A stretch of 64,000 bases of DNA from Methanobacteriota archaeon (GTDB lineage: Archaea > Thermoplasmatota > E2 > DHVEG-1). The translations under genes and the position numbers were made by a program. Every line of letters starts with the position of its first letter. Positions within the stretch are counted from its first letter, which is position 1. The stretch lies in contig CAVYNH010000006.1 of assembly GCA_963769885.1 (NCBI GenBank), positions 576,001 through 640,000 of the forward strand, read 5' to 3'. The notes below the pieces were generated by a model. The model worked only from the letters and a program-made list of their open reading frames with translations. It was not told where the DNA came from and ran no database searches. Below are positions 38,231 to 47,809 of the stretch, piece by piece.

Positions 38231-38620
38231 TTAGGGATGAGGCGTCCGGGGCTTCTCCTCAAGCGTCCGCAGCGTCTCGTCAATCTCCAGATGGAGCTCC
38301 TCGTCGCACAACGCCTTCCCGAGGGTCGTCATCGGCTCTTCCATCTCGGGTGCCGGCTGGGGAGGATCAGCAAGACTGCAGTCCGAGGGCAGCCCGGAGA
38401 CGTGGAGCGCCGCGGCCTTCCACTCGGCCGCCTCCTTCTTCAGATGCTCGATGTACTCCTGCAGGTACGGTTGGTTCGCGGTGCCGGACGACAGCATCTG
38501 CCGCTGCAGAGCGTCCTGCACGGCCTTGGTGATGTACTCCGTTCGATTATCACAGACTGAATCCACCTGTTGCATCAACGGTATCGGTAACCGAAAATTA
38601 TACAACTTCTTTGTTGTCAT
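38231..38620 (-). CDS. Small ribbon-helix-helix-like DNA-binding protein
   Basis: KKLYNFRLP..LMQQVD....NRTEYITKAV pattern followed by a coiled/acidic region. Confidence 0.6.
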   Translation of the reverse strand: MTTKKLYNFRLPIPLMQQVDSVCDNRTEYITKAVQDALQRQMLSSGTANQPYLQEYIEHLKKEAAEWKAAALHVSGLPSDCSLADPPQPAPEMEEPMTTLGKALCDEELHLEIDETLRTLEEKPRTPHP

Positions 38621-38896
38621 CCAGCATCCCAATCCGAGCCAACGGAATCCCCTCAAACCTTATAAAGACATCGGTGAACTACGCCCGCTCCCTCCCCCCG
38701 CATAAAGGAAGAATATCCTCTTGTGCGGGAACCGGGAGTAAAGCTGTTTTCGCACCAAAACCCTAAATATCAATCAACAGGAATATTTAAATAAAAATTC
38801 AAGCATTCTTACTATAGAAGGGAAGGTTTTCTCCAAGTGACGTCGACACAACACCGTCGACTCTCAGCAACATCCCTTACCGGAGGTACCACCAAC

Positions 38897-40675
38897 ATGA
38901 AGAAAATACTAGGAATTTGTATCGTAGGCCTATTCATCCTAGGCGCGGTCGTCGTACCAGCTAATGGACCTACCACGCCGACAGCCAACCAATCACAACA
39001 AAATCGGGTATTCACCCACAAGGTTCTCGTAGAAGACGGAACCAGAGTATCATGCCCCTACTGCCCCTACGCCCGTCAAGCCCTCAGCTGGCTCTACAAC
39101 AACGGGAACTACCCCTTCTACTACATCTGCCTCGTCTTCTCGTATGGAAGCCCCCCCGTGGGCAATACTCATGCGTCGCAACGCTGCAGCGAATACAATC
39201 TCTATGGAGCTCCCACCGCCTATTTCGATGGAGGATACAAAGTCTCCGTCGGAGCAGGCTCGGAGCCCTCTGCTGAATCAGGATACCGCACCTACCTCAA
39301 CCAAAGCGGCGCCAGGGTTCCCGCCAACGTCGACATCCAACTCACCGTTAACTGGCTGGGTTCTGCGACTATGGACATCACCGCAAAAGTCTGGAACAAC
39401 GACACCACCCCCTACACGGGGCACATCCGCGTCTACGTCTGCGAAGATCTGTCCACTCTCGGCTGGGTCGACACCCAAAGCCACCCCTTCACCATGGCCT
39501 TCCTCGACTACGCCCAAAACCAGGACCTCAACATCCCAGTCAGCGGCACCTGGACGAACACCAACACGTGGATCGGCGCGAACCACAACGACGGCAACGG
39601 CCATACCTTTGGGTCCATCCAGAGCGGCAACATCATGGTCATCGGCGCCCTCTTCAATCCTGAACAACACACGGGCTACTCCTACCCACCCAGCGGATAC
39701 CCCTTCAACGCCTACTACGTCGATGACGCCACCGCCGTCCAAGTCGGCACTTATGTCAACACCCCCCCAGGCACCCCCAGCAACCCGAATCCAGCCAACG
39801 GCTCCACCAATGTCCTGATTAACACACAACTTAGCTGCACCTGCACGAACACCGACCACGACTTCACGAAATACAATATCTACTTCGGAACCACCAACCC
39901 ACCACCATTCAAGGCACAGCAAACCACACTGACCTACAGCCCAGGGACCTTGCTACACAACACCACCTATTATTGGAAAGTCGCCGCAACCGACGAATGG
40001 GGAGCGACCACTGCGGGCCCCGTCTGGTCCTTCACGACGATACCCAACCGCCCACCCAACGCCCCCTCCAGTCCCAACCCCGCGAACGGCGCTACCAATG
40101 TCCCCATCAACAAAGACCTCAGCTGGACCTGCAGCGACCCTGACGGCGAGACACTCTACTACGACGTCTACTTCGGAACCACCAATCCACCGCCGCGCCG
40201 CTCCACACATCAAACTACCACCACCTGGGATACCGGCAACATGGACTTCGAAACCACCTACTACTGGAAGATCGTCGCCTCGGATAACGACTTGAACACC
40301 TCAAGTCCCGTCTGGTCGTTTACCACCGGCGCCATCCCCGATACGACTCCACCGACAGTGAGAATCCTAAAGCCACTCAACGGCTACCTCTACTTTAACG
40401 ACAACGACGGCTTCTCACGCATCCTCTTTACTACCACACTTATCATCAAGAAAATTACGATCACTGTCAACGCCACCGATTACGGCAGCGGTATCGGGAA
40501 GATCCAGTTCTTCATCGACGATAAGATTGTAGGCAATGCGACCAGCGAACCTTACCAATATGTCTGGGACATAAGCGGAGGATTCCTACCCAAGCCGCAC
40601 GTCATCAAAGTCACCGCCTATGACCAGGCCAGCAACCTAGCTAATGCGACGATCTCCGTGAAGAAGATGCTCTAA
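38897..40675 (+). CDS. Secreted thioredoxin-like (Omp28-like, CPYC) protein with two FN3-like repeats and an Ig-like domain
   Basis: GGAGGT RBS; signal peptide; VLVEDGT..SCPYCP; two PSxPNPANG..NV...YYWK repeats; DTTPPTV...YQYVW. Confidence 0.8.
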   Translation: MKKILGICIVGLFILGAVVVPANGPTTPTANQSQQNRVFTHKVLVEDGTRVSCPYCPYARQALSWLYNNGNYPFYYICLVFSYGSPPVGNTHASQRCSEYNLYGAPTAYFDGGYKVSVGAGSEPSAESGYRTYLNQSGARVPANVDIQLTVNWLGSATMDITAKVWNNDTTPYTGHIRVYVCEDLSTLGWVDTQSHPFTMAFLDYAQNQDLNIPVSGTWTNTNTWIGANHNDGNGHTFGSIQSGNIMVIGALFNPEQHTGYSYPPSGYPFNAYYVDDATAVQVGTYVNTPPGTPSNPNPANGSTNVLINTQLSCTCTNTDHDFTKYNIYFGTTNPPPFKAQQTTLTYSPGTLLHNTTYYWKVAATDEWGATTAGPVWSFTTIPNRPPNAPSSPNPANGATNVPINKDLSWTCSDPDGETLYYDVYFGTTNPPPRRSTHQTTTTWDTGNMDFETTYYWKIVASDNDLNTSSPVWSFTTGAIPDTTPPTVRILKPLNGYLYFNDNDGFSRILFTTTLIIKKITITVNATDYGSGIGKIQFFIDDKIVGNATSEPYQYVWDISGGFLPKPHVIKVTAYDQASNLANATISVKKML

Positions 40676-40688
40676 GTAGGCCTCCATC

Positions 40689-40725
40689 GGGGCATCCAGG
40701 ATGCCCCCCCCCTTCTATTTTTTTT
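40689..40725 (+). terminator. Hairpin followed by a T-tract
   Basis: ggggcatcc-a-ggatgcccc followed by ttctatttttttt. Confidence 0.6.
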
Positions 40726-40886
40726 ATTAAAAAGAAATTATCTTAATATGCCCATGCCATCCCTTGCTCGTATTTTCATACAATTTCTTTCCCTGTTCCG
40801 GTTTTTTTTGCTGTTTGAATATTTTCTGTAATAAAGAAGAGTCGAGATTGGATTCCGAGCCTTACTAAAGCATCACAGATGATGAA

Positions 40887-41021
40887 TCATAGGCCTCCTT
40901 CTTCGTAGTAGGATGTTGAACCGCAAGAGGTTCGATTTTTCCTTGCGTCCACCTGCTGCATCAGGGGTATCGGGAACCAAAAAATATATGGCTTCTCTGC
41001 CGTCATCCCACATCCCAATCC
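40887..41021 (-). pseudogene. Degenerate copy of the 5' end of the RHH gene at 38231-38620
   Basis: 40948-41021 matches 38562-38635 at 60/74; translates as MTAEKPYIFWFPIPLMQQVD. Confidence 0.75.
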
Positions 41022-41109
41022 AATCATCCGCAATCCAGCGATACTTAATAAAAAACCTCGTTGACGCCAATAATCTACGGAAGAAAAACAAGCGAGGGGG
41101 GACTCGTGG

Positions 41110-41712
41110 TCACGCCTTGGGTTTTTGCACCCACCAATCCCATTCTTGACTATGGAAATCCCAGCCGAAACGCTCAACCACCGCTCGGATGATGCCCGGG
41201 CATCCGGCAGTGAAGTCATGGCCTGCCAAGACACCGCCGGGAGCCACCTTCGGCCACCATAAGTCAATGTCTTCTAAGACATACTCATATTCATGATTTC
41301 CGTCAAGGTAGACAAAGTCTAATGGCTCCTGGATGACGGCGGCTGCTTCTTTGCTCGTCTGACGGAGGAACACGACCGACCTATGCTTCCGCTCCAGCTT
41401 CTTCAACTTGTTGACGCACCCTGAGAAATCCGATGGCTTCCCTTCCTGATCGACGTATGGCGTCAGCGGATCGACGAGGTAGTACTTCCCGAGGTTCAAC
41501 AATTTCAGGTTCGCCTGAGCGTTGAACCCGCCAGCCACGCCAACCTCCACCGCCGTCAAAGGATGATCTATCTTCAGATTTTTGACGAAGAGCGTGGCGG
41601 GGCGTGGGTCAAGGACGATAGGGGAGAACGAGCTCTGGTATTTGTGATATCCCATCAGCAGCTTTATCCCGATATCGATGGCCTGCAGAGGCTTCTTCTT
41701 TAAGGGAAGCAC
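41110..41712 (-). CDS. Class I SAM-dependent methyltransferase (Methyltransf_24-like)
   Basis: AVEVGV..G, LVDP, DFVYLDGNH.Y and GGVLAGHDF motifs. Confidence 0.85.
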   Translation of the reverse strand: MLPLKKKPLQAIDIGIKLLMGYHKYQSSFSPIVLDPRPATLFVKNLKIDHPLTAVEVGVAGGFNAQANLKLLNLGKYYLVDPLTPYVDQEGKPSDFSGCVNKLKKLERKHRSVVFLRQTSKEAAAVIQEPLDFVYLDGNHEYEYVLEDIDLWWPKVAPGGVLAGHDFTAGCPGIIRAVVERFGWDFHSQEWDWWVQKPKA

Positions 41713-41823
41713 GGAGCCGTACTCCTCGGATCAACTTTCTTCACAGTCTCTTGAAGGCACCTGCCCGGATTATGGATTTTCATCACTACGGAAATTCAGT
41801 GAGGGATTTTAACCTTACTTGTA

Positions 41824-41897
41824 AGCCGCTGGAGGGATTTGGACCCCCGGCCTGCTGATTACAAATCAGCCGCTCTTCCGGGCTAAGCTACAGCGGC
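41824..41897 (-). tRNA. tRNA-Thr(UGU)
   Basis: GCCGCTGTAGCTTAG...GCTGA-TT-TGT-AA-TCAGC...GGTCCAAATCC...CAGCGGCT; U73 discriminator; atypical T-loop. Confidence 0.88.
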
Positions 41898-42932
41898 AGG
41901 CTCTTTCGTAGCGGTAATGTCCATTCCTATATAAAATTCTCTAGCCGAATAGGATTTGAGCCGACGCGCCCGGTCCCGTTCGATGCGAAACCCCGTGCCG
42001 GCAGCGGTCGTCGTCAACGCACGCCATCGTGCCTCGATCGCCTCCTCCGCGAGGATATCATAATAATGAAGAATACACTCATCCGCCGCGACCGACAGCG
42101 CCGCTCCCAGGAAGGCATGCGCGGAGAACGGCAGGTTCATGATGATCCGATCGACCTTCCCTGGGACGAGCCGCGCCACATCCCGCGCGTCGCCCTGGAT
42201 GACCTCTACGCGGTCTCCCACCTGGTTCAAGACGACGTTTCGCCGCGCGAACTCAACAGCCCTCTCGTTCTTATCGATCGCATACACCACCACCGGATGC
42301 GCGTATTTCGCGATCATGATGCTGAACGGGGCGACCCCCGCAAAAAGATCCACGATTCGTTCCCCATCCGCTACGCAGCCAGCGACGCGCCGCCGCTCAT
42401 TCGACAACCGAGGGGAGAAGTAGATGGACCCGACGTCGACCATGAACCGCACCCCGTACTCAAGATGCGTCGTCACCGTGTCCTGGGCGCCGGCGATGAC
42501 CCGGCATCCGCGGACCCGCAGCTCCCCGGTGACTGGCTCGACCTGGCAGACGCTCCTCAGATGAGGGTTTGTCTTCAACATGGCCTCTCCGACCCTTAAG
42601 GCATAGCGGTCCAGTTCCTCGGGGAGCTTCACCAGGGCGATCGCGCCCACAATATCATAGGAGGTGGGGAGGAGGCCTTTCAAGGCGGCAGGGATGGCCG
42701 CAGCATCCTGGTACGACGGGGTCCTTTCCTGTCGCGGCTCGAAGGCATGCTCGATGATCTCCCCAAAAGGAGCCGGCGATGGCCGACGGGAGATGGGGAA
42801 GAAGATGTGATGCTTGGATGTAATCAGGCGGAGGTCGTGGCGGAGCAACCCTTGGCTCTGGAGCAGCCGGCGCGCCTCCTCCGCTTGCAGGAGGGGGACG
42901 CGGAGCCCAACGCTTCGTACCTTCGCCATCAC
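41883..42932 (-). CDS. trm5: Trm5/Met10-family tRNA (G37) methyltransferase
   Basis: SYDIVG.IA, H.EYG..F.VD...YFSPRL..ER, DLFAGVAPF and DRIIMNLP motifs. Confidence 0.85.
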   Translation of the reverse strand: MMAKVRSVGLRVPLLQAEEARRLLQSQGLLRHDLRLITSKHHIFFPISRRPSPAPFGEIIEHAFEPRQERTPSYQDAAAIPAALKGLLPTSYDIVGAIALVKLPEELDRYALRVGEAMLKTNPHLRSVCQVEPVTGELRVRGCRVIAGAQDTVTTHLEYGVRFMVDVGSIYFSPRLSNERRRVAGCVADGERIVDLFAGVAPFSIMIAKYAHPVVVYAIDKNERAVEFARRNVVLNQVGDRVEVIQGDARDVARLVPGKVDRIIMNLPFSAHAFLGAALSVAADECILHYYDILAEEAIEARWRALTTTAAGTGFRIERDRARRLKSYSAREFYIGMDITATKEPAAVA

Positions 42933-42985
42933 CCCGGGTAATCTCCCCGGGGTATTTCAAATGAACCACCGTGAAAAAGAGGGAG

Positions 42986-43075
42986 TCCCGCCTCCCGGAT
43001 TTGAACCGGGGACCTGCCGGTCACGGCCGATAGGGTCTACAGCCGGCCGCTCCAGCCAGACTGAGCTAAGGCGGG
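42986..43075 (-). tRNA. tRNA-Tyr(GUA) with a 15-nt intron at position 37/38 (about 43022-43036)
   Basis: CCCGCCTTAGCTCAG...GCCGG-CT-GTA-G[ACCCTATCGGCCGTG]A-CCGGC...GGTTCAAATCCGGGAGGCGGGA; C1-G72 pair. Confidence 0.9.
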
Positions 43076-43529
43076 GGGATAGCACCGAGAATACAATAGA
43101 TGTATTTATTCATTTCAGGTCTTGTACGGTGCACCGGCTCTGGCATGAACGCGGTCAATCAAAACGCTGTACCATAAAGGATTAAGTATCGTCCAAGCCT
43201 CGTTCCAGAACTCCTTAATAGAAACGGAGTGATTGCTGTGCCCATGGCTGCACGCGAGGTGGCGCACAATGTTTTGATAACAACCCAAAATCAACGCAGG
43301 CCAGTCTATAATAATCTAAATTTTGTACCAATAACGGTTTATAAGATAAGGAAAAGCGCAACCTATATAAGGAGGGTTGTGAATAACCTCCGGTGAGGTC
43401 CGGTGAGACTATAGATATAAGTTGACGTGGTTACAGTAGGTCAACTTATCTTGGTTCACGGTGTGAACCGTTTTGCCGGCGCTCAACTGGAAAAGTATGA
43501 AAACCAACAGATTTAGGAGGAAACAAAAG

Positions 43530-46500
43530 ATGAAAGCAAACAAAATGATGGCTATGATTGTCGTCAGCCTTATGCTGTTCTCGACCTTCATAGTTTTAAA
43601 TAGTCATAACGTACGGGCTGCCCCAGTGCTCACACCTGGTGTGAATATCTACGGTAACGCCACGACCGACATTGTCTACGGACAATCCTACGCAAGCGGT
43701 GCCATTAAAATCAACTCATCACAGTTCACGGACACAGCGGGCGGGAACCCGTACGGTGCACACACCTACCGTCTCTTCTACCCCGTATACCAAAACTACA
43801 GCAACTCTGCCTATTTTATGACCTGGAAACCCTTCTACATCGGCAACGACCCGGACCAAACCGTCGAGGTCAGCGAGATTAAGAACAGCACCGCCCTAGA
43901 CACCGGCGGCTCAGCCATCACCTTCAACCGTTCCGGTCTCTGGATCTTCGACAACAACGCTATCCACGCATCCGACGACCCCACCTCATTCACGGGATTC
44001 ATCTGGGTCAACACCAGCACCGTCTACTCCATTGAGTCCATCCCTAATATCTACTACGACCAGTCCGGCTCTCTGACCGTCACCGTCGACACCAAAGGGG
44101 ACACCGGCTGCATGGTCTCCATCACAGACCCCGGCAACGCCACCATCTACCACAGCTGGCGGTCCAACGGACAATCCATCGCCCTCGACTACCAGGATTA
44201 CTTTGGCATGGTCGGGACCTACACCGTCAAGGCCTACCGCGACCTCGATACATCCGTCGCCTACCGCTACCCAGACCAGAACGGTGAGAACTACAGCGCC
44301 CAATATGGAAACATCGGGGCACCGGACTTCCCAGCGAACTACACCTACAGCGATATGGGCCCCTGGAACCCCCCTGAGAAGAACGCCAGCCAAGTCACCT
44401 TCGATGTGAAGACCGCGGCCAAAGCGCCCTACCTCAACATCGTGCTCTCCAACACCAGCTTCTACTGGGGATACCCCATCCACATTGACGTCAACGTCAC
44501 GAACCAGACAGGAATAGGGCTAGACCCGGGTATCGGCGCCATTCGCCTCAAGAAAGGCGGTCACCTCTACCTCGACCATACCAGCGGCGCTTTCACCATC
44601 ACGGATGAAACACTCGGCAACTACACCATCACCATGCCCTGGTTCGGCGACAACCCGACCCCCTGGACCAACCTCTACACCATCACGCACGCCGCATCAC
44701 AGACCGTGAATGGATCGTGGAGCGTCGTGTTTGCCGACGGTGACAACTTCAACGGTTCCGCCGGATTCACCATCAGCAGCTCACACCCACCCGTCCAACT
44801 CCTCCTCAACAGCCCCAGCAACAAGAAGATCGACGTCCCCACTTACATACCCGCCTCTGGCCATGCAACAATCACGACCATCGACTTCTCCATCTACGGC
44901 AAGAACAGCGAATGGCCCTACTACGGCTTCAGCGCCAAGGACGATGAGCAGAACATCACCATCAGCGGCGACATCCTCTACCCCGTCGACGCATACCCAG
45001 GCGCAGGCCATGGCGAATGGAAGGCGGATGTCACCCCGACCAAGCCTGGCGGCCATATCACCGTCACCATCGACTGGCCGGACAACGGGACCGCCTCACA
45101 GACCATCAACATCATCAACGGGACGACCGTCACCCCCGCCGCGTCGAAATTCACGGTCGGCAATGACTTCAACCTCACCGTCACCGTCACCGATGTCGAC
45201 GGCGACAACGTGAAAACAGCGCATGTCTACGCAATGTGGGAAAACGATATTCTTGGTGAATTCAATGACACAACTGGCGATAACACAGCTGGAAACGGAA
45301 AGAATGGCGAATACACCTTCTGGATCATCGCTGACGACCAGCCCGACGTAGCCCCGCAGAACATCACCATTGCTGCGATCATGACCACAGGGTATTGGGG
45401 CTACGCAACGGTGCTCATGGACAGGAACCACGACATGACCGTCAACTGCACGCCAACCACCTCCTACGCCGGCAACGCAACCACCTACAACATCACCGTC
45501 GGACGGACCGGTGGCGGACACCCAGCCTCAAGCGGCCTCACCATCGCCCTCTATAACGAGACCGGCGCCCTCGTCACCGGCGACGATGCCTGGGACAACA
45601 CCGGCGACTACAGCCTCACCGACGTGGAGATCCCGCTCTCCGGCGGCGTGTTCCACCTCTTCGCCTACAACGACACCGACGACAGCCAGGACAACAACGC
45701 GACCATCACCGTCACCAAATACAGCGTCGCCAGCTCCCCCAGCGCCCTCGCCTGGCACATCGACAACGACACCAACATCACCTTCCAAGTCACCCCCGCC
45801 TACAGCGGACTGCTGACCCTCAACAACGTCACCAGCGCGCCCAGCGGAGCAGACCCCAACGAGACCAGCCCACTCCAGATCACCATTGAGGATGGTGTCG
45901 GAACCGTCACCGGGTTCAACGCCGACATGCTCGGCAACATCACCTACAGCTTCGAACCCAGCGATGGAGAAGACCGACCCGCCGACGGGCTGACCCGCGT
46001 CACCACCGCCACAGCGACCCCCGTGCCCGCCAACATCTACATCAACGAGGCGATCACCGTCGTGATCACGGTCACCCACCCCGCCACGCACCAGCCGATC
46101 GCCGACGTCTGGGTAAGCCTTGACCGCTACAACAGCACCAACCTCACCAGCGTCCTGGCGAAACTCCCGACCGGCAAGAAGACCGACTCCGCAGGCCAAG
46201 TCAGCTTCGCGGTCAACGCCCTCGCCAGCGGGAACGTCACCATCTTCATCGAGAACGCCTCCGACCCGGACAACCCGTTCTACATCATCGCCGGCGGCCG
46301 CAACCCGATGAGCATCATCCTGACGTCACCCTCAGTCGACGAAGGCAAGCAGATCACCGCTGACATCAAGAGCGGCAGCACCCTCGTCACCGGCGTCAAC
46401 GTCACTATAACCTTCGCCGGGACCACGACCACGACCACGGACGGCCACATCACCCTCACCGCACCCAGCGTCGCCACGAACATCCCCTACACCATCACCG

Positions 46501-46883
46501 CCACCGCCGTCGGCTACGCCGACGCCACCGCCCAAGTGACGGTCTTGAACGTGCCGAAGCTGATCATCGCGGTGCTCACCAGCAACATCAAGGCTGGACA
46601 AGACTTCCAGATCGCCGTCGCTGACGACACCGGCACCGCGATCATCGGTGCCACTGTGACCCTGCAAGGCACGACAGTACACACGGGAGCAGGCGGAGTC
46701 GTCACCATGAAGGCCCCATCGACACAGGGTAACTACACCATCACGGCGACCTTCGGGAACTACGAATCGGCCAGCCAGAGCATCAGCGTCGGACCCGGCG
46801 GAGGCATCCCCGGCTTCGAACTGGTCACCCTGCTCATCGCAGCCGGCATCGCCTTCCTGCTCATCCGCAGGCGGCGCAACTAG
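43530..46883 (+). CDS. Large cell-surface (S-layer-like) glycoprotein with PGF-CTERM
   Basis: AGGAGG RBS; signal peptide; Thr-rich beta domains with many N-x-S/T sequons; IPGFE, transmembrane segment and RRRRN tail. Confidence 0.85.
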   Translation: MKANKMMAMIVVSLMLFSTFIVLNSHNVRAAPVLTPGVNIYGNATTDIVYGQSYASGAIKINSSQFTDTAGGNPYGAHTYRLFYPVYQNYSNSAYFMTWKPFYIGNDPDQTVEVSEIKNSTALDTGGSAITFNRSGLWIFDNNAIHASDDPTSFTGFIWVNTSTVYSIESIPNIYYDQSGSLTVTVDTKGDTGCMVSITDPGNATIYHSWRSNGQSIALDYQDYFGMVGTYTVKAYRDLDTSVAYRYPDQNGENYSAQYGNIGAPDFPANYTYSDMGPWNPPEKNASQVTFDVKTAAKAPYLNIVLSNTSFYWGYPIHIDVNVTNQTGIGLDPGIGAIRLKKGGHLYLDHTSGAFTITDETLGNYTITMPWFGDNPTPWTNLYTITHAASQTVNGSWSVVFADGDNFNGSAGFTISSSHPPVQLLLNSPSNKKIDVPTYIPASGHATITTIDFSIYGKNSEWPYYGFSAKDDEQNITISGDILYPVDAYPGAGHGEWKADVTPTKPGGHITVTIDWPDNGTASQTINIINGTTVTPAASKFTVGNDFNLTVTVTDVDGDNVKTAHVYAMWENDILGEFNDTTGDNTAGNGKNGEYTFWIIADDQPDVAPQNITIAAIMTTGYWGYATVLMDRNHDMTVNCTPTTSYAGNATTYNITVGRTGGGHPASSGLTIALYNETGALVTGDDAWDNTGDYSLTDVEIPLSGGVFHLFAYNDTDDSQDNNATITVTKYSVASSPSALAWHIDNDTNITFQVTPAYSGLLTLNNVTSAPSGADPNETSPLQITIEDGVGTVTGFNADMLGNITYSFEPSDGEDRPADGLTRVTTATATPVPANIYINEAITVVITVTHPATHQPIADVWVSLDRYNSTNLTSVLAKLPTGKKTDSAGQVSFAVNALASGNVTIFIENASDPDNPFYIIAGGRNPMSIILTSPSVDEGKQITADIKSGSTLVTGVNVTITFAGTTTTTTDGHITLTAPSVATNIPYTITATAVGYADATAQVTVLNVPKLIIAVLTSNIKAGQDFQIAVADDTGTAIIGATVTLQGTTVHTGAGGVVTMKAPSTQGNYTITATFGNYESASQSISVGPGGGIPGFELVTLLIAAGIAFLLIRRRRN

Positions 46884-46894
46884 TGCCAACCACT

Positions 46895-46937
46895 AGGGGG
46901 AACCTCTTCCCCCTTCTCACCCCTTTTTTAACTATTT
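46895..46937 (+). terminator. Hairpin followed by a T-tract
   Basis: agggggaa-cctc-ttccccct followed by T-runs. Confidence 0.6.
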
Positions 46938-46995
46938 TTCTCCACGTAACCCTTTTAATCCCTGATTCAATGTAGCCTCCCTGGAGGACCCAAGC

Positions 46996-47697
46996 TTGAA
47001 GATCAGCATCGTCATCCCCGCCCTCAACGAGGAAACCGGCATCGGGAAAACCATCGATGCCATCCAGACCAACGCCCTACAGACCAACGGCTGGGAGCTT
47101 GAGATCCTCGTCGTCGACGGCAACTCGACAGACCGTACCCGCGCCATCGCGGCCGCAAAAGGAGCCCAAGTCATCATCGAGCCGCGCAAAGGCTACGGCC
47201 GCGCCTACAAGACCGGCATCGCCAAGGCCACCGGAGACATCATCGTGACCGGCGACGCGGACGCCACCTACCCCTTCGACCGAATCCACGACTACGTCAC
47301 CCTGCTTCTGGACCAGCACCTCGACTTCATCACCACCGACCGCTTCGCCCACATCAGCCACGGCGCCATGACCCTGAAACACCGATTCGGCAACCTCACC
47401 CTCAACCTCGCCCTAGACGTCCTCTTTCTCACCCACATCCGCGACTCCCAGTCTGGCATGTGGGTCTTCCGCGCCGACGCCCTTAAGAAGATCCCGTCCC
47501 TGGAGACCTTCAACGACGGCATGCCGTTCTCCGAGGAAATCAAGATCAGCATGTTCACCGCCAAAGACGTTAAGGCCAAAGAGATCCCCGCCACCCTCTA
47601 CACGCGCGAAGGACAGGTGAAGCTCGAAAGCTTCAAGGACGGCCTTAAGAACCTACGGTTCCTCTTCATCAAACGCGTCAACCCACACAATAAATAA
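46996..47697 (+). CDS. GT2 glycosyltransferase (DPM1-like)
   Basis: SIVIPALNE, VVDGNSTD, GYGRA, DADATY and DSQSG motifs. Confidence 0.9.
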   Translation: MKISIVIPALNEETGIGKTIDAIQTNALQTNGWELEILVVDGNSTDRTRAIAAAKGAQVIIEPRKGYGRAYKTGIAKATGDIIVTGDADATYPFDRIHDYVTLLLDQHLDFITTDRFAHISHGAMTLKHRFGNLTLNLALDVLFLTHIRDSQSGMWVFRADALKKIPSLETFNDGMPFSEEIKISMFTAKDVKAKEIPATLYTREGQVKLESFKDGLKNLRFLFIKRVNPHNK

Positions 47698-47736
47698 CTC
47701 ACTTTTTACTCAACAGGCCCTTCGATTGATCAAGAC

Positions 47737-47796
47737 AAATATATCATATTTGGTATAAACGACGAGAATCGAAAATATATCATATTTGATATAAAC
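47737..47796. repeat. Tandem 24-bp direct repeat of the TATATCA-N4-TGATATA palindrome between convergent genes
   Basis: aaatatatcatatttggtataaac and aaatatatcatatttgatataaac, 36-bp period. Confidence 0.75.
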
Positions 47797-47809
47797 AGGG
47801 TCCTGCCGC

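Noticed and set aside
36466-41823. Duplicated tRNA-Thr 3' end marking an integrated element
   Set aside because: I could not find a convincing copy of agccgctggagggattt by eye.
47737-47796. Possible mini-CRISPR (24-bp repeat, two copies)
   Set aside because: Only two copies with a 12-bp spacer, and no cas genes in the window.
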